Positions 36,917-50,357 of a stretch of 64,000 nucleotides of DNA are shown here, one piece after another (within the stretch, counting starts at the first letter, position 1; each line of letters begins with the position of its first letter). The notes under the pieces were generated by a model. The model searched no databases and was not told where the DNA came from. It saw only the letters and a list, made by a program, of their open reading frames with translations. Source of the DNA: Macrostomum lignano (lineage: Eukaryota). Position numbers and translations under genes: made by a program. The DNA lies in the NCBI GenBank assembly GCA_002269645.1, contig NIVC01001424.1, positions 124,001-188,000 of the forward strand, in the 5' to 3' direction.

Positions 36917-37909
36917 ATCGCCTCCTGGATGGTGTCCCTCACCACGCTCGTGCTGTCGATCATCTGCGGCGAGCGATTCTTCAAATCCGTCTGGTTCGGC
37001 GAACAGGAGGAGCAGCAGCTGCAGGCCGCGGCAGCCGCCGACGCCGCCTCGGCAGCGGACAGCAGCGAGAGCGCCCATCGGCAGAGCGGCGGCGCGGGCG
37101 ATGGCAGCGCTGCGGGAGGCGCGGCTCCGTCAGAGTGCAGGCAGGCAGCAGTGACTGCCGCCTCCACTTCCTCAGTCCGTCTGCCAATCAACGGCATGAT
37201 CCGGGAGAATCAGGGCGCTCTGGCGGCGGCCGCGTCTTCTTCAAACGATGAGCCGCTGTTGCAGCAGCACCAGAAACAACAACAGCAGCAGCAGCAGAAG
37301 CGCAACCAGACCCTAACGGCAGCGGCAATCGTGAGCTCTCCAAGCGATTCGGCGGGGAGCGAAGAGCTGAGTGCGTTGTATCAGCCCCAGCAGCCCCAGC
37401 AGCCTCAGCATCCGCAACCGCAGCAGCAACAGCAACAACATCCCCGCCTTGGACTCAAAAACCTTGGTTCCCAGCAACTGACAGGCAGTTTGGGACTCAT
37501 GGAGCCTCGGGGACTGGTAACCAACGCCCACCTGCACGCGCCAGCAATCGGCTGCCTACAGAGCAGCAGGATCGGATATCCGCAACCGCCCCAACAGCCG
37601 ATTGGAGCAACAGGTAACTGCGGCCACTTGTTGGCAGCAACTACCACAAGTACCTTTGCGCTGCGCAGCCCAATGCAGAGCACGCAGTCGTTAACACTTT
37701 CCCCTGTTGTGCTACACCACCATCACAGCCTACCAAGAAACTGCGCTTTGGGAGCCCAGACTCCAGCAGCAGTCGCAGCAGCCGCAGCAGCAGCAGCCTC
37801 TGCATCCTTTCACCAACCTGTCTGCTGCCACTGCTACTGCCAATTTGATCCCTTATCATCCGGCTGCCTGCAGGATGAAGAGGATATGGAACTCGTCAGC
37901 ACAGTGTAG
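36917..37909 (+). CDS. TMEM179: TMEM179-family exon 4 (TM4 + long low-complexity tail)
   Basis: Acceptor acccag, IASWMVSLTTLVLSII = TM4, 993 nt to TAG. The spliced total is 1638 nt (545 aa). Confidence 0.82.
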   Translation: MASWMVSLTTLVLSIICGERFFKSVWFGEQEEQQLQAAAAADAASAADSSESAHRQSGGAGDGSAAGGAAPSECRQAAVTAASTSSVRLPINGMIRENQGALAAAASSSNDEPLLQQHQKQQQQQQQKRNQTLTAAAIVSSPSDSAGSEELSALYQPQQPQQPQHPQPQQQQQQHPRLGLKNLGSQQLTGSLGLMEPRGLVTNAHLHAPAIGCLQSSRIGYPQPPQQPIGATGNCGHLLAATTTSTFALRSPMQSTQSLTLSPVVLHHHHSLPRNCALGAQTPAAVAAAAAAAASASFHQPVCCHCYCQFDPLSSGCLQDEEDMELVSTV

Positions 37910-38095
37910 CGAGTGCCTGGCTCTGCAGCAACAGTACCCGCATGGAGTATTCTACGGCCCCAGCCGTTTAGACTATGCCTGGAGGGAGCACTACTAGATA
38001 GTCTTGTGTAGATTCTGTGGTGTGAATTCAAATAGATGTAGAATAGTTACATTTTAGTTTAATAATTCCAACCATAGACTGATAGGTGACACAAT

Positions 38096-38283
38096 GGGCC
38101 GTATGCGGAAATCTCTGTCTAGGGTAGTCCGGTCTTGAAAAGCTAGTCTAGACTTGGATTTGGTATGCAGAAACACAAAGTTAGACCGGTCTACTATAGC
38201 AGAACTAGGCTAGCTAGACCATAGACTATAGACTGAACTACCCAAGACTAGCTAGTCTGGACTAGGCTGTCTGCATACGGCCC
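38096..38283. mobile_element. 188-bp MITE, Harbinger/PIF-like
   Basis: TIRs GGGCCGTATGC / GCATACGGCCC, 3-bp flanking repeat AAT. Confidence 0.75.
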
Positions 38284-40439
38284 AATGAAGACTACGTTAT
38301 AAACCTACGTTGTCGAATGTACATCGGAATACAAGGCCATAGACATACAAGGCTGGTGTTTTACGGCATTGAATGTACATCGGGGGGGGCAGAGAGGAAA
38401 AGGCATGGAAACTTAATAGGCTAGAAAGCCATAGACAACAATATTTAAAACAAGCACGAGGAAAATAAAGGGCTGCATGGTGATTTACGGTGTTGAAGGT
38501 TCATTGGGGATGAGAATAAATGCAGCTTAATAGACGAGACTTAGTCCGTTAGCACAAGATAGCTAAGAATTGGACGTTTAATATTGTAATCCTAAAGTAG
38601 TGGATTTCCTTAATCCCTGTCAACCAAACCCGTTGGCGCGCTCCCTATCCTGTTCCCTGTTTCATTAAATTGTCAATGATTTTTTTCTGCAATTTACCTG
38701 AATATAGTAGCTGTTTATCTGAAGCATTAAACCAATATATTATTCTTTAGCAAGGATGAGTCACCTTTTTGCTCACTTTTCTCTTGCGCAACGTGTAATA
38801 TATTATATATTGATAATTTTCCTCTAACACTTTCGTTACAGCCGCTCCTGTATAAATTCAAACGCTTAGCACATTTAAAACTATTGCGAAAATCATTTTC
38901 AGCTATTTGAAATATCGTACGATTGCATGCTATTGCTATCAGCAGCGCTGCGAATTTCCTCCGATGCAGCAAACTAGTATAGCTTTTTAACTATTGTTTA
39001 AATCAGCGCGAAAAAAGAGGTAAAACGAATCGCATTTAAATAACATCAGTTCATTTATTAAAGTTACTTAATATTTATTTTATGCTTAAAAACCTAATTA
39101 AAGTTCGGACAAATGTAAAAGTAATATGAATGAAAATAATCTGTAGTATTGTTAATGTGTGTATTCATTAATTAATTATTAGGAAATAATAATTAATTAA
39201 ATAACTTTGCAGAAAATGCCCGAACATTACGAGCGTACGTATGCGACCGTCTTTTGTTTGAATCGGGACTGTTTAAAATCATACTTAACGTTCTTTTTTT
39301 AAATTGAATGGGAAGTTCGATCTATTGGCTGAATATTAAAATAATGGCGCGCTCTACATCCATTTATTACACAATATAACTGTTATGACTGTTTTATTCA
39401 TCATCTCATTACCCACTAAAATTGAATTTTTTGTAGATTTATGCTTTATTTAAATGCAAGCAGCGTTTTTAGCAATCTGATTTTACAATACATCAAAAAC
39501 TGTTTTAAATTTGTGCAGAAAGAATATTGTTGACGCAGTTAAGACTGTTGCCATTGAATTTAGTTACAAGCACGTATATAAAACCGTCTTAAATATGTCT
39601 TACTAGGAAAACTTTATGATATTAACATAGTAATTACCTGGTGTGCATTTATCATCTACTCGATCAAAGCGACGCTGCAAGCGTAGAAAATTAACGCGTA
39701 TAACGTTGAATGAGGTCTTGCCATAGACAAGTTCGATCCAAAAAACTGATTCGGTCGTTTTTTTTCTCAAAAATTTCTGTAATACTTTATCAGTTACTAA
39801 ATAGTGTTTTATAGGCCATAGACTAGATAGGTGAAATAGTTTATACTTATCACAGTTTAACAAAATAAGCATCCAGTAACAATTACTGCCAACAGGCACA
39901 CACTCATGCACACGCTCACACACGGTGTACAGTGGCCCTGACTATCTAATCGTCCGGCATGTAAACTGTTTGTGCCTTGGAGGTTGCAGGCCCTCATTGC
40001 TGTGAATTGCACGAAAGCCTCAAATAAATGAACATATATTTTCACGAATTAATTTCAGATTTTAATCACCATATGCTCGCGGATGTATTTTTTTTATAAT
40101 TAACTTCTTTTCGACAGCACCGTCATACAAATACTTGAGCCCGCGATTGCATACCGGCCGTGTCTGCCTGAGCTCCAGGAGCCATGTGAATGTCACGCAA
40201 TGCCATGGTGCGGGCAGCGAATGAATTCCTGACGAAGAACCAGCCGAATAAATTAGGAATTAATAAGAATTGATTTCTTTTTATTCCATTGGGTTCGGAG
40301 CCACGCGCTGTGGTATGTGGCACGGAACCGTTACGGAATACTAATTAGCTACAAATTAATCTATCGCTGCACTCACCATTATATTGTTTTAATTTCCAGA
40401 TATTTTAGAATTTATTTTAAGAGTTTTTAGTCAGTCACT

Positions 40440-40459
40440 TAGGTAGTTAGTGAGCTAGC

Positions 40460-40513
<54 letters not shown>

Positions 40514-40540
40514 TTTAGTTAGTCAGTCAGTCAGTCAGTC

Positions 40541-40593
<53 letters not shown>

Positions 40594-40640
40594 CTCAGTT
40601 AGTTAGTCAGTCAGTCAGTCAGTCAGTCAGTCAGTCAGTC

Positions 40641-40703
<63 letters not shown>

Positions 40704-41077
40704 AGTTAGTTAGTTAGTCAGTTAGTTAGTTGGTTAGTTCGTTGGTTAGTTAGTTCGTTAGTTAGTTAGAGTTAATCAGTTACTTGATTACTTAGTTAGT
40801 TAGACTAACTGACTGACTGACTGACTGACTGATCCTCGCGGTGTCCAGAGCAAGTTCACTCCAGAAACACATTTGAAAGCGCACTAGTTAGTTAGTTAGT
40901 AGTTAGTTAGTTAGTCAGTTAGTTAGTTGGTTAGTTCGTTGGTTAGTTAGTTCGTTAGTTAGTTAGAGTTAATCAGTTACTTGATTACTTAGTTAGTTAG
41001 ACTAACTGACTGACTGACTGACTGACTGATCCTCGCGGTGTCCAGAGCAAGTTCACTCCAGAAACACATTTGAAAGC
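40440..41077. repeat. (GTTA)n/(GTCA)n microsatellite with a ~190-bp tandem duplication
   Basis: The block ending ...GATCCTCGCGGTGTCCAGAGCAAGTTCACTCCAGAAACACATTTGAAAGCGC occurs twice (~40700-40882 and ~40895-41078). Confidence 0.92.
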
Positions 41078-41440
41078 GCGTTTAACAGCTTCTGGAAGCA
41101 GTTTTGGCCGGCTTTCAGATCATATTTCTGGGGCATGTGTGCTAAGTCTGTCGGTGCCCCGCTGGTAGAAATATATGGCCATTCATATTTATCATGGTTC
41201 CCGAGAAGCGGGATTTGCATGCCGATGAGGAGCTGCTAACCGGGGCGCGGGGGCTGAAGAAACTTTGCCGCATCGAGGAGAGAATGAAATTAAATTTTTC
41301 TTTTTGCGAAGCCGCCGGGGACGGCAACGTGAATTCGTCCCAGAGGAGCCACCGGAGTTCCTGCTCAGCATCTGCAGGCTGGCGACAACTTTTTTGCCGA
41401 CTTTCTGACACATTTGGGAAACTGAAATTTCTGCTTTGCT

Positions 41441-41443
41441 GAT

Positions 41444-41517
<74 letters not shown>

Positions 41518-41574
41518 AGATAGATAGTTAGATAGATAGTTAGATAGATAGTAGATAGATAGAAGATAGATAGT

Positions 41575-41633
<59 letters not shown>

Positions 41634-41648
41634 TTAGATAGATAGAAT

Positions 41649-41686
<38 letters not shown>

Positions 41687-41759
41687 GGATAGATAGATAG
41701 TTAGATAGATAGTTAGATAGATAGATAGAAGATAGATAGTTAGATAGATAGATAGATAA

Positions 41760-41823
<64 letters not shown>

Positions 41824-41880
41824 TTAGATAGATAGTTAGATAGATAGATAGATAGATAGATAGTTAGATAGATAGATAGT

Positions 41881-41924
<44 letters not shown>

Positions 41925-41949
41925 AGATAGATAGTTAGATAGATAGAAT

Positions 41950-41981
<32 letters not shown>

Positions 41982-41998
41982 TTAGATAGATAGATAGT

Positions 41999-42030
<32 letters not shown>

Positions 42031-42055
42031 AGATAGATAGTTAGATAGATAGAAT

Positions 42056-42093
<38 letters not shown>

Positions 42094-42131
42094 GGATAGA
42101 TAGATAGAAGATAGATAGTTAGATAGATAGT

Positions 42132-42186
<55 letters not shown>

Positions 42187-42201
42187 TTAGATAGATAGAA
42201 T

Positions 42202-42257
<56 letters not shown>

Positions 42258-42272
42258 TTAGATAGATAGAAT

Positions 42273-42310
<38 letters not shown>

Positions 42311-42387
42311 GGATAGATAGATAGAAGATAGATAGTTAGATAGATAGTTAGATAGATAGATAGATAAATAGTTAGATAGATAGATAG

Positions 42388-42443
<56 letters not shown>

Positions 42444-42477
42444 AGATAGATAGTTAGATAGATAGTTAGATAGATAG

Positions 42478-42520
<43 letters not shown>

Positions 42521-42521
42521 T

Positions 42522-42552
<31 letters not shown>

Positions 42553-42553
42553 T

Positions 42554-42588
<35 letters not shown>

Positions 42589-42653
42589 TTAGATAGTTAG
42601 ATAGATAGTTAGATAGATAGATAGATAGATAGATAGTTAGATAGATAGATAGT

Positions 42654-42693
<40 letters not shown>

Positions 42694-42718
42694 AGATAGA
42701 TAGTTAGATAGATAGAAT

Positions 42719-42750
<32 letters not shown>

Positions 42751-42767
42751 TTAGATAGATAGATAGT

Positions 42768-42827
<60 letters not shown>

Positions 42828-42852
42828 AGATAGATAGTTAGATAGATAGAAT

Positions 42853-42898
<46 letters not shown>

Positions 42899-42936
42899 GG
42901 ATAGATAGATAGAAGATAGATAGTTAGATAGATAGT

Positions 42937-42995
<59 letters not shown>

Positions 42996-43010
42996 TTAGA
43001 TAGATAGAAT

Positions 43011-43058
<48 letters not shown>

Positions 43059-43129
43059 TTAGATAGATAGATAGATAGATAGTTAGATAGATAGTAGATA
43101 GATAGAAGATAGATAGTTAGATAGATAGT

Positions 43130-43170
<41 letters not shown>

Positions 43171-43208
43171 GGATAGATAGATAGAAGATAGATAGTTAGA
43201 TAGATAGT

Positions 43209-43279
<71 letters not shown>

Positions 43280-43294
43280 TTAGATAGATAGAAT

Positions 43295-43346
<52 letters not shown>

Positions 43347-43416
43347 TTAGATAGATAGTTAGATAGATAGTAGATAGATAGAAGATAGATAGTTAGATAG
43401 ATAGTTAGATAGATAG

Positions 43417-43448
<32 letters not shown>

Positions 43449-43470
43449 AGATAGATATATATAGATAGAA
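41441..43470. repeat. ~2-kb (GATA)n tract with recurrent GAA/GTTA/GAATA variants
   Basis: Visible directly. Confidence 0.98.
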
Positions 43471-44119
43471 AGCCAGTGGAAAGCAAGTCCGCATTTCCCA
43501 GATAGCCCATGTCACACAAGGATGAGCAGGCACTCAATCAGTCGCTTCACCCCGAGGTCGAGATGTCAAACTTTCTCGGTCAATCGGAACTTCATATCTG
43601 ATTACCCCCTTTATTATATATTGGCTCGCTACTCAAGGAGGGTAAGGGACGGGGTTGGAGCCGCCAAGTCTGCCATCCGTGCGGCGGACGGCGGCAAAAT
43701 TAAACGGAGGCCGGAGATTCGTTTTCTGTAGAGAGGGAGGAGAGAGACGAGGACAGAATTCGATCAGTTCTGGGACGCGGAGAGACCGGATGCCAAGCAG
43801 GTTGAGCTGCAGTGCTCGAGAAGAAGCCGCGGGATTGCAGCCATAGCATCCCTTCGGCTTATAGCGTGCGAAAATCGAGAGCTCAAGAAAAAGTTTTTTA
43901 AGACCGGTCTGGGAGAGGCGAGAAATGCAAAAATCGAAGAGTTCGAAAGATTGGCAGATGGTGGCAGATGATGACTTTTCGCATTCTCTGCTTACTGAGG
44001 CCCGCCAGAATGATGAAGCCAGGCCGCAAACTTTCGCAACGTACTTTTTTAGATTCTCAATGCACATATCTAACAGAGCAGAGCTAGATTCTGAATTTCT
44101 GCTATTGATGACTGAAACC

Positions 44120-44980
44120 GGATCTATCCTGGGGTGTAGAACAGCTACTACCATGTCTATCATGGGGTGTAGAACAGCTACTACCATGTCTATCCTGGAG
44201 CGTAGATTAGCAACTTTCATATCTATCCTGGAGCGTAGATTAGCAACTTTCATATCTATCCTGGAGCGTAGATTAGCAACTTTCATATCTATCCTGGAGC
44301 GTAGATTAGCAACTCTCATATCTATCCTGGAGCGTAGATTAGCAACTCTCATATCTATCCTGGAGCGTAGATTAGCTACTCTCATATCTATCCTGGAGTG
44401 TAGAACAGCTACTCCCATATCTATCCTGGAGTGTAGAACAGCTACTCCCATATCTATCCTGGAGTGTAGAACAGCTACTCCAATATCTATCCTGGAGTGT
44501 AGAACAGCTTACTCCTATATCTATCATGGAGTGTAGAACCGCTACTCCTATATCTATCATGGAGTGTAGAACAGCTACTCCTATATCTATCCTAGAGTTT
44601 AGAACAGCTTACTCCTATATCTATCATGGAGTGTAGAACAGCTACTCCTATATCTATCCTAGAGTGTAGAACAGCTTACTCCTATATATATCATGGAGTG
44701 TAGAACAGCTTACTCCTATATCTATCCTGGAGTGTAGAACAGCTTACTCCTATATATATCATGGAGTGTAGAACAGCTTACTCCTATATCTATCCTGGAG
44801 TGTAGAACAGCTTACTCCTATATCTATCCTGGAGTGTAGAACAGCTTACTCCTACATATATCATGGAGTGTAGAACAGCTACTACTATATCTATCCTGGA
44901 GTGTAGAACAGCTTACTCCTATATATATCATGGAGTGTAGAACAGCTTACTCCTATATCTATCCTGGAGTGTAGAAACGC
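44120..44980. repeat. 33-34-bp minisatellite
   Basis: Unit TATCTATCCTGGAGTGTAGAACAGCTACTCCTA with block-wise variants. Confidence 0.95.
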
Positions 44981-45759
44981 TACAACGGCCTGCAGGGCCC
45001 ATACGACAAAAATAACCCCCGCCCCCTAACCAGGGCCTCGGGATCGAAGCTTGTGCTAGAAATAAAGAAATTTGCATACCAACGCCAGTCCACTATAAGG
45101 AAAATAAGATGAGATGAAATGCTAATTTAACAGACGCACTTTTCTCCAATGAGAAACACACGAAGACCAACGCTATACTACACCGTATACTTGGCTACTT
45201 TCTAAATTCGAATTGACCAGCTTCCCCATGCACAGATCCCCCCTAATGCAATTAGTTCCCTGTACATACCAAGCTGCATCCACTAACTAGTTCGGAGTGA
45301 CAAACTGCCTACCTAATTTACTGGGTCATTTCCACCCCCTCTTGGATATCTTAACCGCCCAAGACCGCATAGGCCATTATGATATGGGGATATAGTGCCA
45401 TGTTTGTATCACAACAACCAGGAAGGGACTACTAGTATTAGGCAGTCAGCCAGCTGGAGGAACACAAGGACATCAGCTAAGTCGCTCTCCTCGTTGCTAA
45501 ATAATTTATGGCCTTAATTACATCTAGTAAGTGCACACTGCGGCTTACCGCAGGCCTGCCGGCTACATGTAATACTCGTATAAGTACAGCAGACTCTTGA
45601 ACATGTAATTTGGCCATATACATTTTAGCAATATGATAGCATTGCATACGAATATTACTTGTCAGTAGTAATACAAGTAAAAAGTTCAGGGGCGTAGGAA
45701 AAATCTAAGCTTGAAATTTAGTCAGATCGTCGAAAGACAGAATCCTTACTACATAGAAT

Positions 45760-45885
45760 CTAGTGTAATCTAGTCTAGAAACTAGTGAAAGCTAGTCTAG
45801 AATTCTAGTGAAATCTAGTCTATATATCTAGTGTAATCTAGTGAAATCTAGTCTATAAATCTAGTGAAATCTAGTCTAGAAAGTG
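45760..45885. repeat. Short CTAG-rich tandem repeat (AATCTAGTG/AATCTAGTCT)
   Basis: Visible directly. Confidence 0.8.
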
Positions 45886-46122
45886 TTTGATTGCACAATT
45901 TACGGAGAGAAAAAGAAAATGAAAAAATAGCATAATTATTTAAATTTTCATAATTTTTCTTTGATCCAAAATTTTCGCGCTCCCTTCATCGCTGCTTTCA
46001 GCTTTATATTTTTTGCCATCTAACTACAATCGTTTCCTCAGTCGCATTTCGAAGAATCATCGAGACACAAATCTGTCAAAGGTCTTTTTCATCTCGACAA
46101 GCACAGGATTAGAGAAGCCTCA

Positions 46123-46615
46123 TCAGTAGATCCGGAAGCTGGGGCCCATTGTGGACTTGATGTACAGAGCCCGAACATTCTGCCAGTTCTTCTTCAGCAG
46201 CGACACCAAGAAGTTGATTGACAAGGTGATATTGTTGATGAGGTCACCGGAGGTCATCTCCTCGTGCCCTATGGCCACGGCAAGGCACAGCACCTTCTTC
46301 ATCTGGAACTTAATGGTGGCCTTGACCTCCTCCACCTTGCCAACCAGAGAGTCGCCGTGAGTCACCATGGTGGGGAACTTGCCAGCCTTGTTGAGGCCGG
46401 GGCCCAGCACACGGGGAATCTGCTTGATGATGGAGTCCGAAGCCAGGAAGGCGTCGTATTGCTTGGCCAGCTTCTTCACCAGCTTCTTGTTCTTGTTCAG
46501 CTTCTTCAGGGCCTCGATGTCCATGCAGGCCAGTCCGTTGGCTGTGGCCTCGTCGCAGTGCTGCTGGTCGCCAAGGACGCAAACCTTCATCTTTGGCTTG
46601 GGCACGTTCTTCAGC
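46123..46615 (-). CDS. RPL10A: 60S ribosomal protein L10a (uL1), copy 1, exon 2
   Basis: [14 protein letters not shown]...[11 protein letters not shown]...[16 protein letters not shown]...[18 protein letters not shown]. The spliced CDS is 651 nt (216 aa). Confidence 0.97.
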
Positions 46616-46739
46616 CTGCATGGCAACCGGGTTGTTTACCTTAGCAACGCATGTGTACTACAGGTAATTAACGTTACTAACATAATTAACACAGTGGCGA
46701 ATCGAAAAAATATATGAATAGTAGCAGCTGAGAGTCGCA

Positions 46740-47520
46740 GGGGACTCTAAGGGGAATTCTAAGGGGAATCTGGGAGACTCTGAAGGGGAATCAGGGAGCT
46801 CTGAAGGGAAATCGGGGAAACTCTGAAAGGGAATCAGGGAGGCTCTGAAGGGGAATCAGGGAGGCTCTGAAGGGGAGTCGGGAGGCTCTGAAAGGGGAAT
46901 CAGGAAGACTCTGAAAGGGGAATCAGGGAGACTCTGAAAGGGGAATTAAAGGACACTGAAGGGGAATCGGGGAGGCTCTGAAAGGGGAATCAGAAAGACT
47001 CTGAAAGGGGAATCAGGGAGACTCTGAAAGGGGAATTAAAGGAGACTCTGAAGGGGAATCGGGGAGGCTCTGAAAGGGGAATCGGGAAGATTCTGAAAGG
47101 GGAATCGGGGAGGCTCTGAAGGGGAGTCGGGAGGCTCTGAAGGGGAGTCGGGGAGGCTCTGAAGGGGAGTCGGGGAGGCTCTGAAAGGGGAATCAGGGAG
47201 GCTCTAAAGGGGAGTCGGGGAAACTCTGAAGGGGAATCGGGGAGGCTCTGAAAGGGGAATCGGGAAGATTCTGAAAGGGGAATCGGGGAGGCTCTGAAGG
47301 GGAGTCGGGAGGCTCTGAAGGGGAGTCGGGGAGGCTCTGAAGGGGAGTCGGGGAGGCTCTGAAAGGGGAATCAGGGAGGCTCTAAAGGGGAGTCGGGGAA
47401 ACTCTGAAAGGGGAATCGCGAAGACTCTGAAGGGAAATCGGGGAAACTCTGAAAGGAGAATCAGGGAGGCTCTGAAGGAGAATCAGGGGAGATTCTGAAG
47501 GGAATCAGGTAAATTTATAG
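46740..47520. repeat. Purine-rich ~20-23-bp minisatellite inside the RPL10A copy-1 intron
   Basis: GAAAGGGGAATCGGGGAGGCTCT-like units. Confidence 0.93.
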
Positions 47521-47726
47521 ACGGGAATCAGGTGAATTTCTTGATGGGAATCAGGTGAATCTGTTAATTAAAAAGGATTAGGAGAGATTCACAAACGGAA
47601 CTGAAGCTGATTTTTAATGGGTATGGACAATGGATTCAATGGGAGCCAAAGGAGACTCTCAAAAGTGAGCTTGCAATCAATAGATGGAAAATGGCACATA
47701 ATAAGCGATAAAATCTCTCTGCTCAC

Positions 47727-47884
47727 TTGATGGTGCCGCTGAATCGCTTGTCCTTCTGCGGGTCGTAGTTCTTCAGAGCGATCTGCAGCTCGATGGTCTG
47801 CTTGAACTTGCGCGGCTTGTCCTTGATGCCCTTCAGCACGCCCTCCACCGACTCGGTGAGAATCTCTCGAGACAGCTTAGACAT
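47727..47884 (-). CDS. RPL10A: 60S ribosomal protein L10a (uL1), copy 1, exon 1
   Basis: MSKLSREIL...[27 protein letters not shown]; 158 nt, donor GTGAGC. Confidence 0.97.
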
Positions 47885-49572
47885 TGCGGCGCTCGCTGGA
47901 ATTCCAATCGGTCAATTTATGATAATGAGTTTTGCAAATTGAAATTATTATTGGATGCATAGCTCAAATACAAAATATTTTTACATTAAAATAGAAACAT
48001 AGACCAACAATTCTTGGTCAGAATCACTGAGCTAATTATTTGGCTTTTTTAGGTTCAAAATCAAATCAAATTAAATACCAATATCTTTACCCTACTCACT
48101 TCATGGAATTACATTTAATAAAATTTGACAATTGATAAGTCATGAACTCCCATATAAATAACAAAACAATAAAACTTGTAGAACAGTATTAAGTTTTTAA
48201 TAGGCAATATTTTTTAAAGCTAGTTGAGTTGACATCTATAACAATCTATTTGTTAATTCATGTCAATTATTGAATTATTAGTTACATGTATTAAAGATAG
48301 CTTTGGCTTTGATATAATAAAAAACACTAAAGATGCTTTTATCAGATAAACAATTAGTTTTCTATCACCTGCTTTCATACATATGCAAACTCTGAAATTA
48401 CACTGTCTATACAATTTAAAGTTTTCACTTAAAATGCGACTTAGTGTCACAACTTTCCTACATCCCTGATCCCTTTGAAGATTGCTTCATTTTGATAATC
48501 TTTCTGCTTCTTGTTTTGTTTTACCTTTTCTTCTATTTTTGCTTTATACAAAGGTGCATAGCTTTTATATATTTGCTTAATTTTATCATGTAGCAAATCC
48601 TTTTTACTGACAGGTTTACTGAAAATATAATTTTTTTTTCAGCTAGCTACCAGTAATGTCAGTGCCTGTTTAACTGTCCTTTAGTTGAAGTTAATATTTT
48701 CTTTTCTTACTTAAAGTTGCTTCAAGGAGGTCAAATAAAATTTCAAATACAAGTTTTCAATGATAAGATTCAGCACTTCATGAGTAAAATTAATTAGCTG
48801 GCTATTATAAAAGTGCAAATAGTCACTAAAACAAGAAGTGTGCCATGCACTTGCACATGTTGCATGTTGGAAAGCCATAGCCACTAAACATTAGGCAATA
48901 TCTATCATAACAGTTGAACAACTTGCTAGCAGGTTCAAAAATGCCTATCATGTCATTGACATAGGCCTATATATACCTGGACCCAGGTACTACAAAGCCT
49001 TATATATAGTGTTGGCAAGCTGCAATGTGATGGAGCTTAGGCTTCTATTTAAGCCAAGCCAAGACTGTTGTAATGAAAAGCATCCTAGCTGCTATTGAAT
49101 CCAATTGACTAATGATGCAAACAAATAGATAAGAGTGCCTAATAAGGATATCTACTTTGCCAAATGCTAGGTAATTTTTTAAACTTTTTGAGAAATACAA
49201 TGTCTTTTTTGTATCAATTTGTATAGGCTATGGGCAATTATACTTACTAGGCAACTGCAAGGTAAGTAGCATTGCCACTATTGACCACAGGTTAAAGGGT
49301 AATAGAACAAAAGTTGATCCAATCAAAATTACCCAAATTTTATTGCAATATATGGAATTTGGACTTAGGCCTTTCCAAGAAAGAAAAATACTTTTAACCA
49401 TTAGAGGTTATTGCCTTGCTATTAAATGCAATATCTGCATGGAATGGTACCATTAGTGGTGCCTTGGTATGAGCAATGAACAATTTCAAGTCACTCCAGT
49501 TAAAAAAAACATTTCATTGTTTATGCTATTGCATAGAGTGGGCTACCATAGGGTTAACTTAAAACACCTAAT

Positions 49573-50357
49573 GGCTCATTCCATATAAGCATGGTCGTAA
49601 CATGACAGGTTATTTTTACTTATAAAATGAAATCTAATAATAGAATATACTAAACCAATATTTTAAATGAAAGATTATTTTGTCTAGAATATATTGATAG
49701 AGTTTCATATAGATATCATCATTAGTATAGATGCTATTAAACCTTAAATGACACTTATGGTCGTAACGACAGGATTTTTGACATATAGAAACTAAAAGGT
49801 AAAAGTCTTATAACATTTTTCATTTTTGATATTTTGCAATACATTTTTAAAATTTGACTAAGAACATCTTTAGAAATCATACTCTTTTATTAGAATATAT
49901 AAACTCAAAAGGCAACAAAGATACAAAAGAAAAGGCAGCCTTATGGTCGTAACATTATGGTCGAAAATATTTTTCTCTGTCAATTCAGTAACTTTGAGGT
50001 ACTAATACATTAAAAATATAATAGATTATTTGGTCACCAATGCTTTTATCTGATGATGCAAGTACTATACTTTTATCTATAGTTTGTTTCAACCTTCAAA
50101 AGCTTTCTATTTGTTTTTAAAAGGTACAAAATCTTAATGATGTATTTTGCTTCGAAAAATGTCCAAATTTTTACAAAAATGACTTTTTGCCAATTGATAA
50201 CATACTAATCCAACATTTTACCATTCCTTTATTCTTAGATTGTATATATTGCACAATATAAACATTTGGTAAAAAAATAGGCTAATTAGGCAATGGCAAG
50301 CAAAAATATTGACTTATTTCTATTTTCCAAATATGTCCATCTTATATGGAATGAGCC
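49573..50357. mobile_element. Non-autonomous DNA transposon (~785 bp), copy 2, inverted relative to 11232-12023
   Basis: Same 17-bp TIRs; the internal sequence aligns end to end with copy 1. Confidence 0.9.

Noticed and set aside
36854-37997. Antisense and alternative-frame ORFs over TMEM179 exon 4 (likewise over RPL10A, gag and the nucleoporin exon)
   Set aside because: Shadow ORFs expected from GC-rich, low-complexity coding sequence.
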